Positions 27,306 through 37,500 of a stretch of DNA of 64,000 bases are shown here, one piece after another. How positions within the stretch are numbered: position 1 is the first letter of the stretch; every line of letters starts with the position of its first letter. This DNA is from Anaerolineae bacterium (GTDB lineage: Bacteria; Chloroflexota; Anaerolineae; CG2-30-64-16), in assembly GCA_040766655.1 (NCBI GenBank), contig JAXGQB010000009.1:114685-178684 (forward strand), given 5' to 3'. The position numbers and the translations under genes were made by a program. The notes below the pieces were generated by a model. The model saw only the letters and a list, made by a program, of their open reading frames with translations, searched no databases and was not told the origin of the DNA.

Positions 27306-28631
27306 TCACTTTCCTCGCGTGCCGGCAAGGTCGTCCGGCTCAAATTCGGTGCCCCACGTCAACAGCGGTCGCACCACCCCGCGCATGTGGCCGCCCCAAT
27401 CGCCGCGCGCCGAATCACCGTCGATGCTGTCCACGACCTGGAAGACCACCGCATCGCGCACGTCGAAGTGCAGTTGCTGCGGTTCGACGGTGCGCATGGC
27501 CACGCCGACGATCATCGCGCCCTCGGCCAACAGGTTGCCGGGAATCCAGCCGGTGCTCGCATAACGGCCGGTGGGTCGGGGGCGACCGCGCCAATTCGGA
27601 TCCTGGTCCACCGCAACGAAGACGAGCTGGCCCTCCTGGTTGTAAAGGACGAAGTGGGGCATCAGCTTGTAGTCCGGCTTCAAGACCTCGTAGACCATCT
27701 CGATCCCGACCGGCCGGCGGATATCCAAGGCCTCGGAAATGGCCCCGTCTTCGTTTCTGACGTGCACCGCGCGCAGGCGGATCGCCTCGCTGGCCGGCGC
27801 CTTGGCAGGATCGGGCCACTCGCGCGCGGCCGTCGTGCCCAGTCCCGAGCTCAGGTACGCGCCCACCACCTGGTGCGAAGGCCCATCGTGCAGCACTCGG
27901 CCCTCGTCGAACAGGATGGCGCGCTCGCACAGCCGCGTGACCGCCGGCATGTTGTGGGAGACGAAGAAGACCGTCCGCCCCTGCTGCCCCACGTCCTGCA
28001 TCTTGTTCAGGCATTTCCTCTGGAAGCTCGAGTCGCCGACGGCCAGCACCTCGTCGACCAACAGGATCTCGGGCTCCAGGTGCGCGGCGACCGCGAACGC
28101 GAGCCGCACATACATGCCGCTCGAATAGCGCTTCACCGGCGTATCGAGAAAACGGTCGACCTCACTGAATGCGACGATCTCGTCGAACTTGCGCTCGATC
28201 TCGGTGCGTCGCATGCCCAGGATCGCGCCGTTGAGATAGATGTTCTCGCGGCCGGTGAGCTCCGGGTGGAACCCGGTGCCCACCTCGAGCAGGCTGCCGA
28301 CGCGGCCGCGAATCTCGGCGCGGCCGCTGGTCGGCTCGGTGATGCGCGAGAGGACCTTGAGCAAGGTGGATTTGCCCGCGCCGTTGCGGCCGATGATGCC
28401 CACCACCTCCCCGCGCTTCACGTCGAAGGAGACGTCCCTGAGGGCCCACAAGTCCCTATCGGATTGAAGATCAAAGATTGAAGATTCAAGATTGGCCCGC
28501 CTGCGAAGCGAATCTGTCATCTTCAATCTGAAATCTGTAATCGCATCGCGCAGCGTGTCGTGACGCTGCTGCGCGCGGCCGATATGGTAGAGCTTGCTCA
28601 GATTCTCGATTCGGATTGCGATGTCATCCAT
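27306..28631 (-). CDS. ABC transporter ATP-binding protein, Wzt/TagH type (O-antigen/teichoic-acid exporter ATPase with C-terminal carbohydrate-binding domain)
   Basis: N-terminus [31 protein letters not shown]. Walker [10 protein letters not shown], signature [12 protein letters not shown], Walker B ILLVDEVL. The about 180-aa C-terminal extension is typical of Wzt. Confidence 0.9.
   Translation of the reverse strand: MDDIAIRIENLSKLYHIGRAQQRHDTLRDAITDFRLKMTDSLRRRANLESSIFDLQSDRDLWALRDVSFDVKRGEVVGIIGRNGAGKSTLLKVLSRITEPTSGRAEIRGRVGSLLEVGTGFHPELTGRENIYLNGAILGMRRTEIERKFDEIVAFSEVDRFLDTPVKRYSSGMYVRLAFAVAAHLEPEILLVDEVLAVGDSSFQRKCLNKMQDVGQQGRTVFFVSHNMPAVTRLCERAILFDEGRVLHDGPSHQVVGAYLSSGLGTTAAREWPDPAKAPASEAIRLRAVHVRNEDGAISEALDIRRPVGIEMVYEVLKPDYKLMPHFVLYNQEGQLVFVAVDQDPNWRGRPRPTGRYASTGWIPGNLLAEGAMIVGVAMRTVEPQQLHFDVRDAVVFQVVDSIDGDSARGDWGGHMRGVVRPLLTWGTEFEPDDLAGTRGK
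28462..28528. repeat. Low-GC (about 40%) patch inside the wzt 5' coding region: two 14-bp direct repeats (gattgaagat[c/t]caa) plus an inverted copy atcttcaatc
   Basis: Read directly at 28462-28489 (direct repeats) and 28519-28528 (inverted copy). GC content drops sharply against the 70% background. Confidence 0.35.
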
Positions 28632-28682
28632 CAGGGTACTGCCTCATCACCGCGCGAAGAACGGCGGACGCCTGGCGCCGTC

Positions 28683-31040
28683 TCATCGCGAGGGTGTCGA
28701 AAAATCGATGGTCGGTGCTTCGGCCAGCTTGAGCTCGACCGGCAGCTCGACGAAGAACGTGCTGCCGTGCCCGTCCACGCCGTCGCTCTCGACCCAGATT
28801 CGGCCGTGATGCCGTTCGACGATATGCCTGCAGATGCTAAGCCCCAGGCCCGTCCCCCTGTATGCGCGGCGCTCGCTGCTGTCCACCTGGTAGAAGCGAT
28901 CGAAGACCTTCTCCTGCTCCGCGGGCGGGATGCCGATGCCGGTGTCGTGAACCGTCAGGCACACCTTCGCGCCGTTGCGCCAGCCGCCGATCGTGATCTC
29001 CCCCCGGTCGGGCGTGAACTTGATGGCATTTTCGACCAGGTTGGTGAGCACCTGCTCCAGCCTCACCCGATCCCCGTCGATGGCCGGCAGCTCCTCGGGG
29101 AAATCGAGGTAGAGCGAGTGCCCACCCTCCTCCGCCAGCGGCGACAGCTTGGTCGCGACGCCCTGCGCGAGGGCCGCCAAAGACACTTCCTCCAGGTTGA
29201 GCCTGATCCGACCGGCCTCCATGCGCGAGAACTCCAGCAGGTCATCGATCATGCGCTGCAGCACGGTGGTCTGCGAGCGCACCGTCTTGAGGAAGTCCTC
29301 CTGGATGTCGGTGACCGGGCCGGTCTTGCCCATCAGGATGATCTCGACGAAGCCCTTGATCGAATGCAGCGGCGTGCGCAGCTCGTGGCTGACCACAGAC
29401 AGGAAGTTGGATTTCATGCGCTCCACTTCCTTCTGCGCGGTGACGTCCCGCAGCACGGCGACCACACCGCTGACCTCGCCCGCCGCATCGAGCACGGGCG
29501 AAGCCAGGACGCCGTACGTGCGCGACTCCCCCTCGATCGATTCCGCGACCGCAGCCCGATCACCCGTCGCGCCGTGCGGCTGTCTGACAACAGGCAGCTC
29601 CAGCTCGCGGATCTGTTCGACGCTGCTTTCCAGCGTCCGGCCCAACAACTCAGCGAAGGCCGGCACAGAGAGGTAGGGGCGCAGCGGCGCGCCGCCCGGC
29701 GGCTCGGCTTCCAGGCCAAGGATATCGCGCGCCACCGGGTTCATCAACACCAGCGCAAGCTCGGTGTCCGCCACGACGACCCCGTCGCCGATGCCGGACA
29801 GCACGGCCTCCAGCTCGCGCCGCTTCTCGTACGCATCATCGTACAGCCGGGCATTCTCCATCGCGGTCGCGGCGAAGTAGCCGAAGCTGGTCAGGAACTG
29901 CTCGGAGGTGTCGAGCGACGCCGCGGCCGTGGGCCGGGCGCCGGTGCCCGGGTGTTGCGCCACGTACAGCGCGCCGATCGGATGGCCGCGCGAGAGAAGC
30001 GGCGTCACGAAGTAGGGATGTCCTCCCAGGCGTTCGCCCATGCTCCCGCCCGGTCCGCCTGCCACCAACAGCGGCCTGCTGCTGGCACATGCCTCGGCCG
30101 TTGACGGCTCGTGGCTCAACGGCAGGCGAAAGGCCTCGGGCTCGGCCAGATCATCGCTGAGCAACGCACCTTCGAGCGCCTCCCCCTCGCGCGCGGCGGC
30201 CGCGCTGTCGCGGTCGATAAGCGCGACCGCGCAATGGCTGCTGCCCGTCATGCGCGCGAGCGTCTCGACCACCACGGGCAGCGTCTCCTCCGTCCGCAGG
30301 GTCGTGGCAAGAGCGCGCGCCACCTCCTGCAGGGCGCGCAGTTCGAGCAGGCGATCGCCGAGGTCCGTCGCGGTGCGCTGCAGCACCTCCGTCTTCTGGG
30401 CCAGCGCGGCCTGTTGTTGCACCAGCACCGCATCCAACGCCACTGACTGCCGCGTGCGCTTCGCCAGCTCGTAACCCAGCACGACGACGCCGACCAGCCA
30501 GGCCCACAAGAGGATGTAACGACTGGTGAAGCCCGCATCGGTCAGAAACCCCAGGTTGCCGGACGCGAGCCAGAGTGCGGCGACGTAGAGGGGGCCCGAC
30601 GCGAACGGCAGCCAGATCATCAGCGGCAACGCGCCGCTCACCCCGACCGCCCGGACTGCCAGGAGCACCAGCAGAATGTACAGCGGGCTGCCGAGGCCGC
30701 CGTCGCGCCAGATCAGTGCGCAGACGAACAGCACGTCGGCGAGGTAAGAGACGTAGGCGATTCGCCGGAGGAGCCGTCCTCCTGCCGCTGCACCGCTCCG
30801 GCTCAACCAGAAGGCCGTCAGGCCGATCGTGAGCAGTGCATAGGCAGCCGTGATGGTCACCGCGAGGACGAGGTCGCCCTGGTCGCGCGTCCGGAAGAGC
30901 ACCCACAGCCCGAGCGCGAGCAGGGTCCACCGCGTCGGCAGATCCACCAGGCGCTGCAGGCGGATCAGCGACGGGGGGCGCACCCGGCCCGGACTGACCG
31001 GCGAAACTGAGGGTGACTCGCTGAGTGACATGCTGTTCAA
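28683..31040 (-). CDS. Sensor histidine kinase (multi-TM sensor + GAF + PAS + HisKA + HATPase_c)
   Basis: 785 aa. H-box FLSVVSHELRTPLHSIKGF. ATPase motifs NLVENAIKFT, DTGIGIP, GTGLGLSI. About 6 N-terminal TM helices. Confidence 0.85.
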   Translation of the reverse strand: MNSMSLSESPSVSPVSPGRVRPPSLIRLQRLVDLPTRWTLLALGLWVLFRTRDQGDLVLAVTITAAYALLTIGLTAFWLSRSGAAAGGRLLRRIAYVSYLADVLFVCALIWRDGGLGSPLYILLVLLAVRAVGVSGALPLMIWLPFASGPLYVAALWLASGNLGFLTDAGFTSRYILLWAWLVGVVVLGYELAKRTRQSVALDAVLVQQQAALAQKTEVLQRTATDLGDRLLELRALQEVARALATTLRTEETLPVVVETLARMTGSSHCAVALIDRDSAAAAREGEALEGALLSDDLAEPEAFRLPLSHEPSTAEACASSRPLLVAGGPGGSMGERLGGHPYFVTPLLSRGHPIGALYVAQHPGTGARPTAAASLDTSEQFLTSFGYFAATAMENARLYDDAYEKRRELEAVLSGIGDGVVVADTELALVLMNPVARDILGLEAEPPGGAPLRPYLSVPAFAELLGRTLESSVEQIRELELPVVRQPHGATGDRAAVAESIEGESRTYGVLASPVLDAAGEVSGVVAVLRDVTAQKEVERMKSNFLSVVSHELRTPLHSIKGFVEIILMGKTGPVTDIQEDFLKTVRSQTTVLQRMIDDLLEFSRMEAGRIRLNLEEVSLAALAQGVATKLSPLAEEGGHSLYLDFPEELPAIDGDRVRLEQVLTNLVENAIKFTPDRGEITIGGWRNGAKVCLTVHDTGIGIPPAEQEKVFDRFYQVDSSERRAYRGTGLGLSICRHIVERHHGRIWVESDGVDGHGSTFFVELPVELKLAEAPTIDFSTPSR

Positions 31041-32500
31041 TTTCGAAACCAGGCTGTCGCTGTCGCATCCGGCGGCGGCGCAGTAGGCGCCGCCGGATCG
31101 GTTGGGCCCGACGGCGGCGCGGTGGGCGGCCCGATGGGCGGCGCGACCGGCGACGCGACCGGCGATGCCCCGGCAGGTTGCGGGCTGGCCGACGGCGTCG
31201 CGCTCGGGCGCCGCGTCGGCCGCACGGTCGCGGTGGGCGTCGGCGATGGCGTCGCAGTGGGCGCGTCAGTCGCGGTGGCAGTGGCCGTCGGAGGCGGGGT
31301 TGCCGACGGCGTCGCGGTGGCCGTGGCCGTCCGCGTGCGCGTGGGCACCGGAGTCGCAGTGGCGGCCGGCACAGGCGTGGCGGTGGCAGCCAGCGCTGGC
31401 TCAGGCGTCGGCTGCAGCGGCACGACGCGCCGCACCCAGACTCCGTCCTCCGTTGCAGCAAATAGCAGATCGCGGCCGTCCGGTTCCACGTGAAGCCCAG
31501 TCACGCGTGTGGACCCCGGCACGCCCAATGACACCCAGGTGGCGCCACCGTCATCGGTGCGATAGACCGCACCGCCCGCCAGCGCGGCATACACCGTGCC
31601 GGACACGCGGGGATCGACGCGCAAGGCCACGGCCGGCCCACCCAGCTCTCCCCAGGGTGCGGCCGCATCGCTCGGGCCGTCATAACGCATCCACGTGGCC
31701 GCGCTGTCTCCGCTATACGCGAGCAGATCATGGCCCGCGGCCCAGACACGCAGCCCGAAGTAGGGTGCGAGCGCGACCGCGCTAACGTCGAAGCCGGTCT
31801 CTGCAGCGTGCCATGAGAGCCCGCCGCTGTCGCTGATCCACAGCGCACCGGAGTGCGCGAGGGCCAGGAGCTGGTCAGGGGCGCTGGCCTCTGCGAAGAG
31901 CGCCTGCACCGGCTCGCCGTCGACAGCGCCACTGGCGTCGCCGTCCGGCCATGCGCCGCCGGGCGTCCAGGTTGCCCCGCCGTCGGTGCTGCGCTGGAGG
32001 CGCGTCTGCGTCGCAATGAGGATGGTATCGTGAGCGCCGCCGACCCCGGGCACGATCGCCATCACCGGCGACCGGCCCTGTCCCGGCGCAGGCCCGACAG
32101 CCATCCAGGATGCGCCGCCGTCATCGGTCCGGTAGAGCTGCCGCTCGTCGTTGGGTCCTGCCAACACGTAGAGCTGGAGCGGGCGGCCATACACCAGGCG
32201 CCATGCGGCGACCTGGGGCGCACCGAGGGACGAACGGGGGAGACCTGCATCGATCTGCTGCCAGGCGCCCGCGCCGGACGCGCCCGTGCGGCGCCACAGC
32301 CCCGACGCGGTGTGCGCATAGAGGATCGTCTCACCCTCGCTGCTCGTCACTTCCATCTGCAGCACGGTCTGCCCGCGCAGCCCGGTCGGCTGCCACGCGT
32401 CGCCGTTGGCCACACGTTGGCTCGCGCCCACCAGGGGAACAAAGAGAAGGGGGGCCAGGAACAGGGCGGATGCCGCTGCCAGCCCCCACCAAAGACGCAC
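31037..32500 (-). CDS. Secreted BNR/Ycf48-like beta-propeller protein with long PT/AT-rich C-terminal tail (paralog of 11825-13501)
   Basis: Signal peptide. Motifs YRTDDGGASW, RSTDGGATW, SDSGGLSW, YRTDDGGATW. 120-aa Pro/Thr/Ala-rich tail. Likely GTG start. 4-nt overlap with the kinase gene. Confidence 0.7.
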   Translation of the reverse strand: MRLWWGLAAASALFLAPLLFVPLVGASQRVANGDAWQPTGLRGQTVLQMEVTSSEGETILYAHTASGLWRRTGASGAGAWQQIDAGLPRSSLGAPQVAAWRLVYGRPLQLYVLAGPNDERQLYRTDDGGASWMAVGPAPGQGRSPVMAIVPGVGGAHDTILIATQTRLQRSTDGGATWTPGGAWPDGDASGAVDGEPVQALFAEASAPDQLLALAHSGALWISDSGGLSWHAAETGFDVSAVALAPYFGLRVWAAGHDLLAYSGDSAATWMRYDGPSDAAAPWGELGGPAVALRVDPRVSGTVYAALAGGAVYRTDDGGATWVSLGVPGSTRVTGLHVEPDGRDLLFAATEDGVWVRRVVPLQPTPEPALAATATPVPAATATPVPTRTRTATATATPSATPPPTATATATDAPTATPSPTPTATVRPTRRPSATPSASPQPAGASPVASPVAPPIGPPTAPPSGPTDPAAPTAPPPDATATAWFRN

Positions 32501-32607
32501 CTTAATGGTTGATCACTCCCCGATAAAGCTCCGGGACGCACTTCCTGCCGTCTGTCAGAAGGCTGGAGATTACTGCCCGCAACTGCGCCCTCTTCGGCAG
32601 CCTCCGG

Positions 32608-34554
32608 CTAGCGGACCGGCGTTGGCTCGGCCGCCGCGACCTGCTCGTTCCAGAAATCGACCGTGACGCACGAGGCGGACGGCACGAGCGTAACCGTGCT
32701 GCTCGCCGGACTCACCGCGCGCCAGCCGCCCAGCAACTCCTCGGTGACCGTGTACACGCCTGGCGCCAGGTCATTGAAGCGATACTCGCCCAGCCAGTTG
32801 CTGCGCGTGTTGACGATCGTGCCCGCGGCATCCTGCAGCACGACCGTCCACCTCTGCAGCGGCGTCGCACCGGCCGTGTCCCTGATCGCGCCCGCGACGC
32901 AGCTGACGAGCCGCGGCGTGGCGGTGGGCGCCACACGCGTGGCCGCCGGTGTCGGCGCCACCACCGGAAACGTCTCCACCATCGAGAGCGTGCCGGTGAC
33001 CTGCAGCGATGACGCGGCCACCCAGCCCTCCTGGCCGTCGACCGTGCAGCACACCCGCAGCCACAGGCCATCCTCGCGCCGCCCCGTCACGGTCACCGTC
33101 GCAGCCTGCGCGAGCTGGCCGATCTCGGGATACAACCGGTGCGGACCGGATCGCAGCGCGATCGGGCCGGCAGGCACGGCGGCCCACGCCGTCGGAACCG
33201 GGGTCAGGGAGGGCGTCACGGTCGGCGTGCGGGTGGGAGTGGGCGTGGCGGCCAGTGCGAGCGCCTCGCCCCGCCGCGCCGCGCTGTCATCCGAGACGGG
33301 CATCTCCTGGCCGGCGCGGAAGAAGGCCAGTGCCTGGGGGATGTCGCCCGCGGAGAGCGCCGCCTGTCCATCCGCCACAGCCAGGCCGTACAACTGCTCC
33401 ATCGCTGCGCCGCCTGCATAGGCCGGCTGCTCGTCGAGAAGTGCCTGCAGCTGGCTGCGCGCCCGGTCCCGCTCCCCTTCCAGCAGGGACTCGAGGGCAT
33501 CCAGGTAGAGGCCGCCCAGTCGCCGCGCATCCGAAGCCGCTCGATTGCGCGGATGGATGGTCAGCGCGGAGCCAAAGTAGGTCACCGCAGCCCGCACGGC
33601 CTGCACATCGCTGCCGCGCGCTTCGAGCAGTTCCTCCGCCCCATTGAGATAGCACACAAAGAGAAACTCGTTGACGGCCTCGGTCCGGTATGTGGGGTCA
33701 AGGTTGCGCACCTTCTCGAACTGGGCGAGCGCTTCCTCCCACTCGCCGAGGTCGTACAGCCGGCTGCCGTCCTGATAAAGCGCTGCGAGGCGGCTGCGCT
33801 GCGCCACGAAATCGGCTTTCGCCCGTGCATCGGCGAAGTTCGGATCTACCTCGAGAATGCCCGCCAACTCCCGGCCCGCGCGATCCCAGTCTTCCTCTGC
33901 GATCGCAGCCTCGGCCTCAGCGTATTTCTGGGCGAGCGTCTGCTGCCGCTGAGCGCGGCTCAGCCCCAGCTGGGCCTCCGGATCGCCCGGCGAGATGTCG
34001 AGCATCTTCTGGAAGGCAGCCTGCGCGCCCTCGTAATCGCCCACTGCCAGCCGGGCCTGGCCGCGCTCGTAGAGCTCCTGCCATTCCGGAGATGTGTTCG
34101 CCTGCCAGGGAAATCTAATCGGTGAGGCTACCAGCACCACGCCGACGATGCTCAGCACAGCGAGGACGATCAGCCCCCAGCGCTGCCAGCGAGCCAACGC
34201 GTGCGTCTCACCCAACTGCGCCGGGCGCGCGAACGACGCCTCTCCCTGAGACTCAGCGGGCGCCGCGGCCTGCAGCTGGAGAAACCAGCGCGTCTCATCC
34301 AGCAGCGCATCGAGGCCTGGCCGCGTGGGCTGCAGCTCCTTGAGCCGGCTGAACTTCTCGAGCGCCTCGTTCCAGTGGCGATGCTGATAGGCCGCCAGGC
34401 CTTCGTAATAAAGCGCCTCCGCCGGATCGGGCGGCGGCGCGGCAAAGCTGCGCGGCCGGATGATCTTGCTGCCATCCGTTTCCGGCCTGCGCGGCGCCTC
34501 CGATTCGTCGCCCCCTTCACCGCGTGGCTGCGACGTCATCTTTCTACCTTCCAA
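32608..34554 (-). CDS. Single-pass membrane TPR-repeat protein with PT linker, SH3b-like and SdrD-B-like C-terminal domains
   Basis: TM WGLIVLAVLSIVGVVLVASPI. Multiple TPR-like helical repeats. PT linker ATPTPTRTPTVTPSLTPVPT. C-terminal GVYTVTEELLGGW (Cna-B/SdrD-B-like). Confidence 0.7.
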   Translation of the reverse strand: MEGRKMTSQPRGEGGDESEAPRRPETDGSKIIRPRSFAAPPPDPAEALYYEGLAAYQHRHWNEALEKFSRLKELQPTRPGLDALLDETRWFLQLQAAAPAESQGEASFARPAQLGETHALARWQRWGLIVLAVLSIVGVVLVASPIRFPWQANTSPEWQELYERGQARLAVGDYEGAQAAFQKMLDISPGDPEAQLGLSRAQRQQTLAQKYAEAEAAIAEEDWDRAGRELAGILEVDPNFADARAKADFVAQRSRLAALYQDGSRLYDLGEWEEALAQFEKVRNLDPTYRTEAVNEFLFVCYLNGAEELLEARGSDVQAVRAAVTYFGSALTIHPRNRAASDARRLGGLYLDALESLLEGERDRARSQLQALLDEQPAYAGGAAMEQLYGLAVADGQAALSAGDIPQALAFFRAGQEMPVSDDSAARRGEALALAATPTPTRTPTVTPSLTPVPTAWAAVPAGPIALRSGPHRLYPEIGQLAQAATVTVTGRREDGLWLRVCCTVDGQEGWVAASSLQVTGTLSMVETFPVVAPTPAATRVAPTATPRLVSCVAGAIRDTAGATPLQRWTVVLQDAAGTIVNTRSNWLGEYRFNDLAPGVYTVTEELLGGWRAVSPASSTVTLVPSASCVTVDFWNEQVAAAEPTPVR

Positions 34555-34581
34555 TCCACCGTCCTGATAGTCTGCTGCGGC

Positions 34582-37500
34582 CTAGCGAAGCGACCCTTCG
34601 TCGCTCGCCGGCGCCACAGCCTCCTCGCGTGTGTCCGCCGCGCTTGCAGCAGACACCGAAGCTCCCGAACCATCCGCATCCCGCAGGATGGAGGGGATGT
34701 AAGTATCAACGCGATCGCGAATCTGGATCCCGTCGACGAAACTCCACGTGTTGAAGAGGTTATCGTGACGATTCCAACTCGCGAAGGAAATCTGCACGGT
34801 CTGGCCGGCATAAGGGCTGAGATCGATGCTCGCCAGGTGCCAGCCCGTGTCGTACCGCGTGCCGTACGCGTTCGTCGGATTGCCTGCCCGCAGCAGCAAC
34901 GCGATCTCGTTCCCCTGCGCGTCGTATAGCGTGACGTCGAGCGTGTCGACGTAGCGCTCCAGGCGCTGGCTGTACATCACATCGTACGTCAAAACCCGGT
35001 ACCAGAACCGTAGATGCGGCCTGCGCACCTGGTCGAGCGCCGGGATGCTCACCGTCTGGCTGATGGTCGCGCTGCCCACCGGCACGGTGCCCGGCGCCTG
35101 CAGGCTGGGTCCGTAATCCTCGCTGCCCAGGCGTGCGGCCAGGATCGACGTGTTGCCCGGCCCGGCAGTGGGCGCCACGGCCATGAAGAGCGAGCCGCCG
35201 GTCATCCAGTCGCTTAAGGTGCCGGTGTCGAACCCGCCGTTCTGAATCGGTTCCACCAGGACCGCTGCCGTCGCACCGTTTGGCTGGCGGTTTCCGGCCC
35301 GATCTGTCGCGAACACACGGAAGAAGTAGGTATGGCTGCGCTGACCGTCGAACTGCGCCGATACCTGTTTGGTCTTCCGCAGCCAGTCCATCCAAGCGCC
35401 GTCGTACCCGTCCCGCACCTGCACATCATAGGTTTCGACGCCGGACCCCGCCCCGTCGGTCGCCGACCAGCTCACGTCGAAACGCGTGCGCGTCTGATAC
35501 CCGCTCAGCCCCGAGAAGCTGGCCAGCGGGGGCGTCCGATCGATGGAAAGGTCGTAAACGTGCGTCGCCTCGACATTGCCCGCGACATCCACCGCCCAGA
35601 TACGCACGGTATGCTGGCCATCCTCGCCGTACGTGAACGCCGTGCCCGTTTCGACCGGACCATCATCGATCTGATATCGAATCGCGGCCACGCCGCTGCC
35701 CGAGTCTGTGGCGGACATGCTGAACGCGACCGGTCCGATGTACCAGCCGTTCAACCCTGAAGCGGCGGTGAGCGTGATGACGGTGACGGGAGAAGAGCTA
35801 TCATACCAGATGGCATCGGTTATGGCAACTGCCGTGTGCTCATCGGCGTTACCCGCCCCATCCACCAGCCACACATACGCAGTGAACCGCCCCTCGCCCG
35901 GCGCCCTGACCCCCGTGATCTCGGTGGCCCCAACGTAGAACTCGCCATCCAGATCGTTCGCGGGCGGCGCGCCGAACTTGACGTACGCACCGGCAATGCC
36001 CGATTGATCGAGGACCGGTGGCCACTCCAGGCGGAAGTTGTTAAAGGCGGACCAGCCCTGCGGATAGGAGCGAACGCCGTCAGGTGGCGGCGGCGCGTCG
36101 AGGTCGATCCTCACTGTCAGCGCCTGCACCGCCTCCGAATTGCCCGCCACATCGGACGCGAAGTATTCCACCGCGTGCTTGTCGGACTGCGAAAGCGCCA
36201 ACGTTGCCGTGGCCCTGCTCACCCACTGCCACTCCCCGCCGTTGATACGGTAGTAGAGCGACGCGACGCCGGACGCCGTGTCGCCCGCGGTCAGGGTTAC
36301 GGTCACGGGCGAGCGATACCAGCCGTTCGTCCCGGCGAGCCCTTCCACCTCGGCCACGGTGACGGGCGGCGTCGCGTCGTAGCGCAGGGTGGGCCCGGCC
36401 ACCGCCGTGGTATGGTCCGCATTGCCCGCTGCATCCCGCAGCCACAGATACAAACGCTGGGCACCCTCGATCGGAACGGCCAACGCATCGATTCGATCGG
36501 TCGCGGTGATCACCGTGCCATCGCCAGGGCCCGCCGGCGGCTCGCCGAACTTGTAGTACGCGGCCGATACGCCGCTCAAGTCTTCCGGTGCGCTCCATGC
36601 CACGGTGAACGCATTCGTGCTGCTCCACCCGCTGGGGCTGGCCTGGAGTCCGATCGGCGCGCCGGGCGCGACCGCGTCCAGCTTGATCTGCTCCTCGACC
36701 GGCGCTTCCTCGTTGCCCGCGACATCGGTAGACGCATAGGCGATCTCGTGGATCGCGTTGGCGGGCAGCGGGAACTGGATGCCCGACTCCCACGAGGCCG
36801 CGCCGATGCGGAACCGTGTCGACAGGACGCCCGACACGGGGTCGACGGGCTGCAGGGTGACGGTCACCGGCGATCGATACCAGCCATTGTCGCCCGCCAC
36901 GCCGTCGATCAGCGTGCTGGTCAGCGGCGCGGTGCCGTCCAGGTGCGCCTCGATCGTGTTGACCGCGGACCGCAGCCCAGCCGCGTCCACGGCGTAGCTC
37001 TCGATGCGGTAGGAACCATCGGCGGCCAACGTGAAGCCGGCGCCCTGCTGCCAGGGGCCATCGTTCAGCCGGTAGTAGCCGGTCGCTCCGCCGGAGACAG
37101 CATCCGTGACGGCCAGGGTGTAGGTCACTGGGGCCGTATACCAACCCGTCGCAGCCGGCAATCGATCCGCCGTGAGCGTCGCCACCGGCGGCGTCAGGTC
37201 GATCCCGAAGCGAAGCTCCTTCGCGGCCTCGAGGTTGCCTGCCTTGTCGCGCGCCTGGTAGAGCAGCCTGTGAGTCCCCTCGGCGCCCACCGTGAGGCCG
37301 GTGCTCACCGCCCAGGCCGCGCCATCCAACTGGGTCCACACGGCCGGTGGGAGCGTCTCATCCACGGGCAGATCCGTCGCAGTGAAATCCAACCGGACGC
37401 TATTCGTATACCAACCCGTAGCGGGAAGGGGCGGCGTCACCTGCACGCTGCTCACCGGCAAGGTGCCGTCGTACCAGAAGACCCCCGGATCTCCCGTCCT

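Noticed and set aside
27250-28682. wzm permease adjacent to wzt
   Set aside because: The gaps on both sides of wzt are under 60 nt and the neighbours are a GT4 and a kinase. No ABC-2 permease-like ORF was found.
27135-31461. Long antisense ORFs (27135-28481 +, 28560-30104 +, 30151-31461 -)
   Set aside because: Overlap the Wzt and histidine-kinase genes, which have strong family motifs. The translations are Arg/Pro/Gly-rich.
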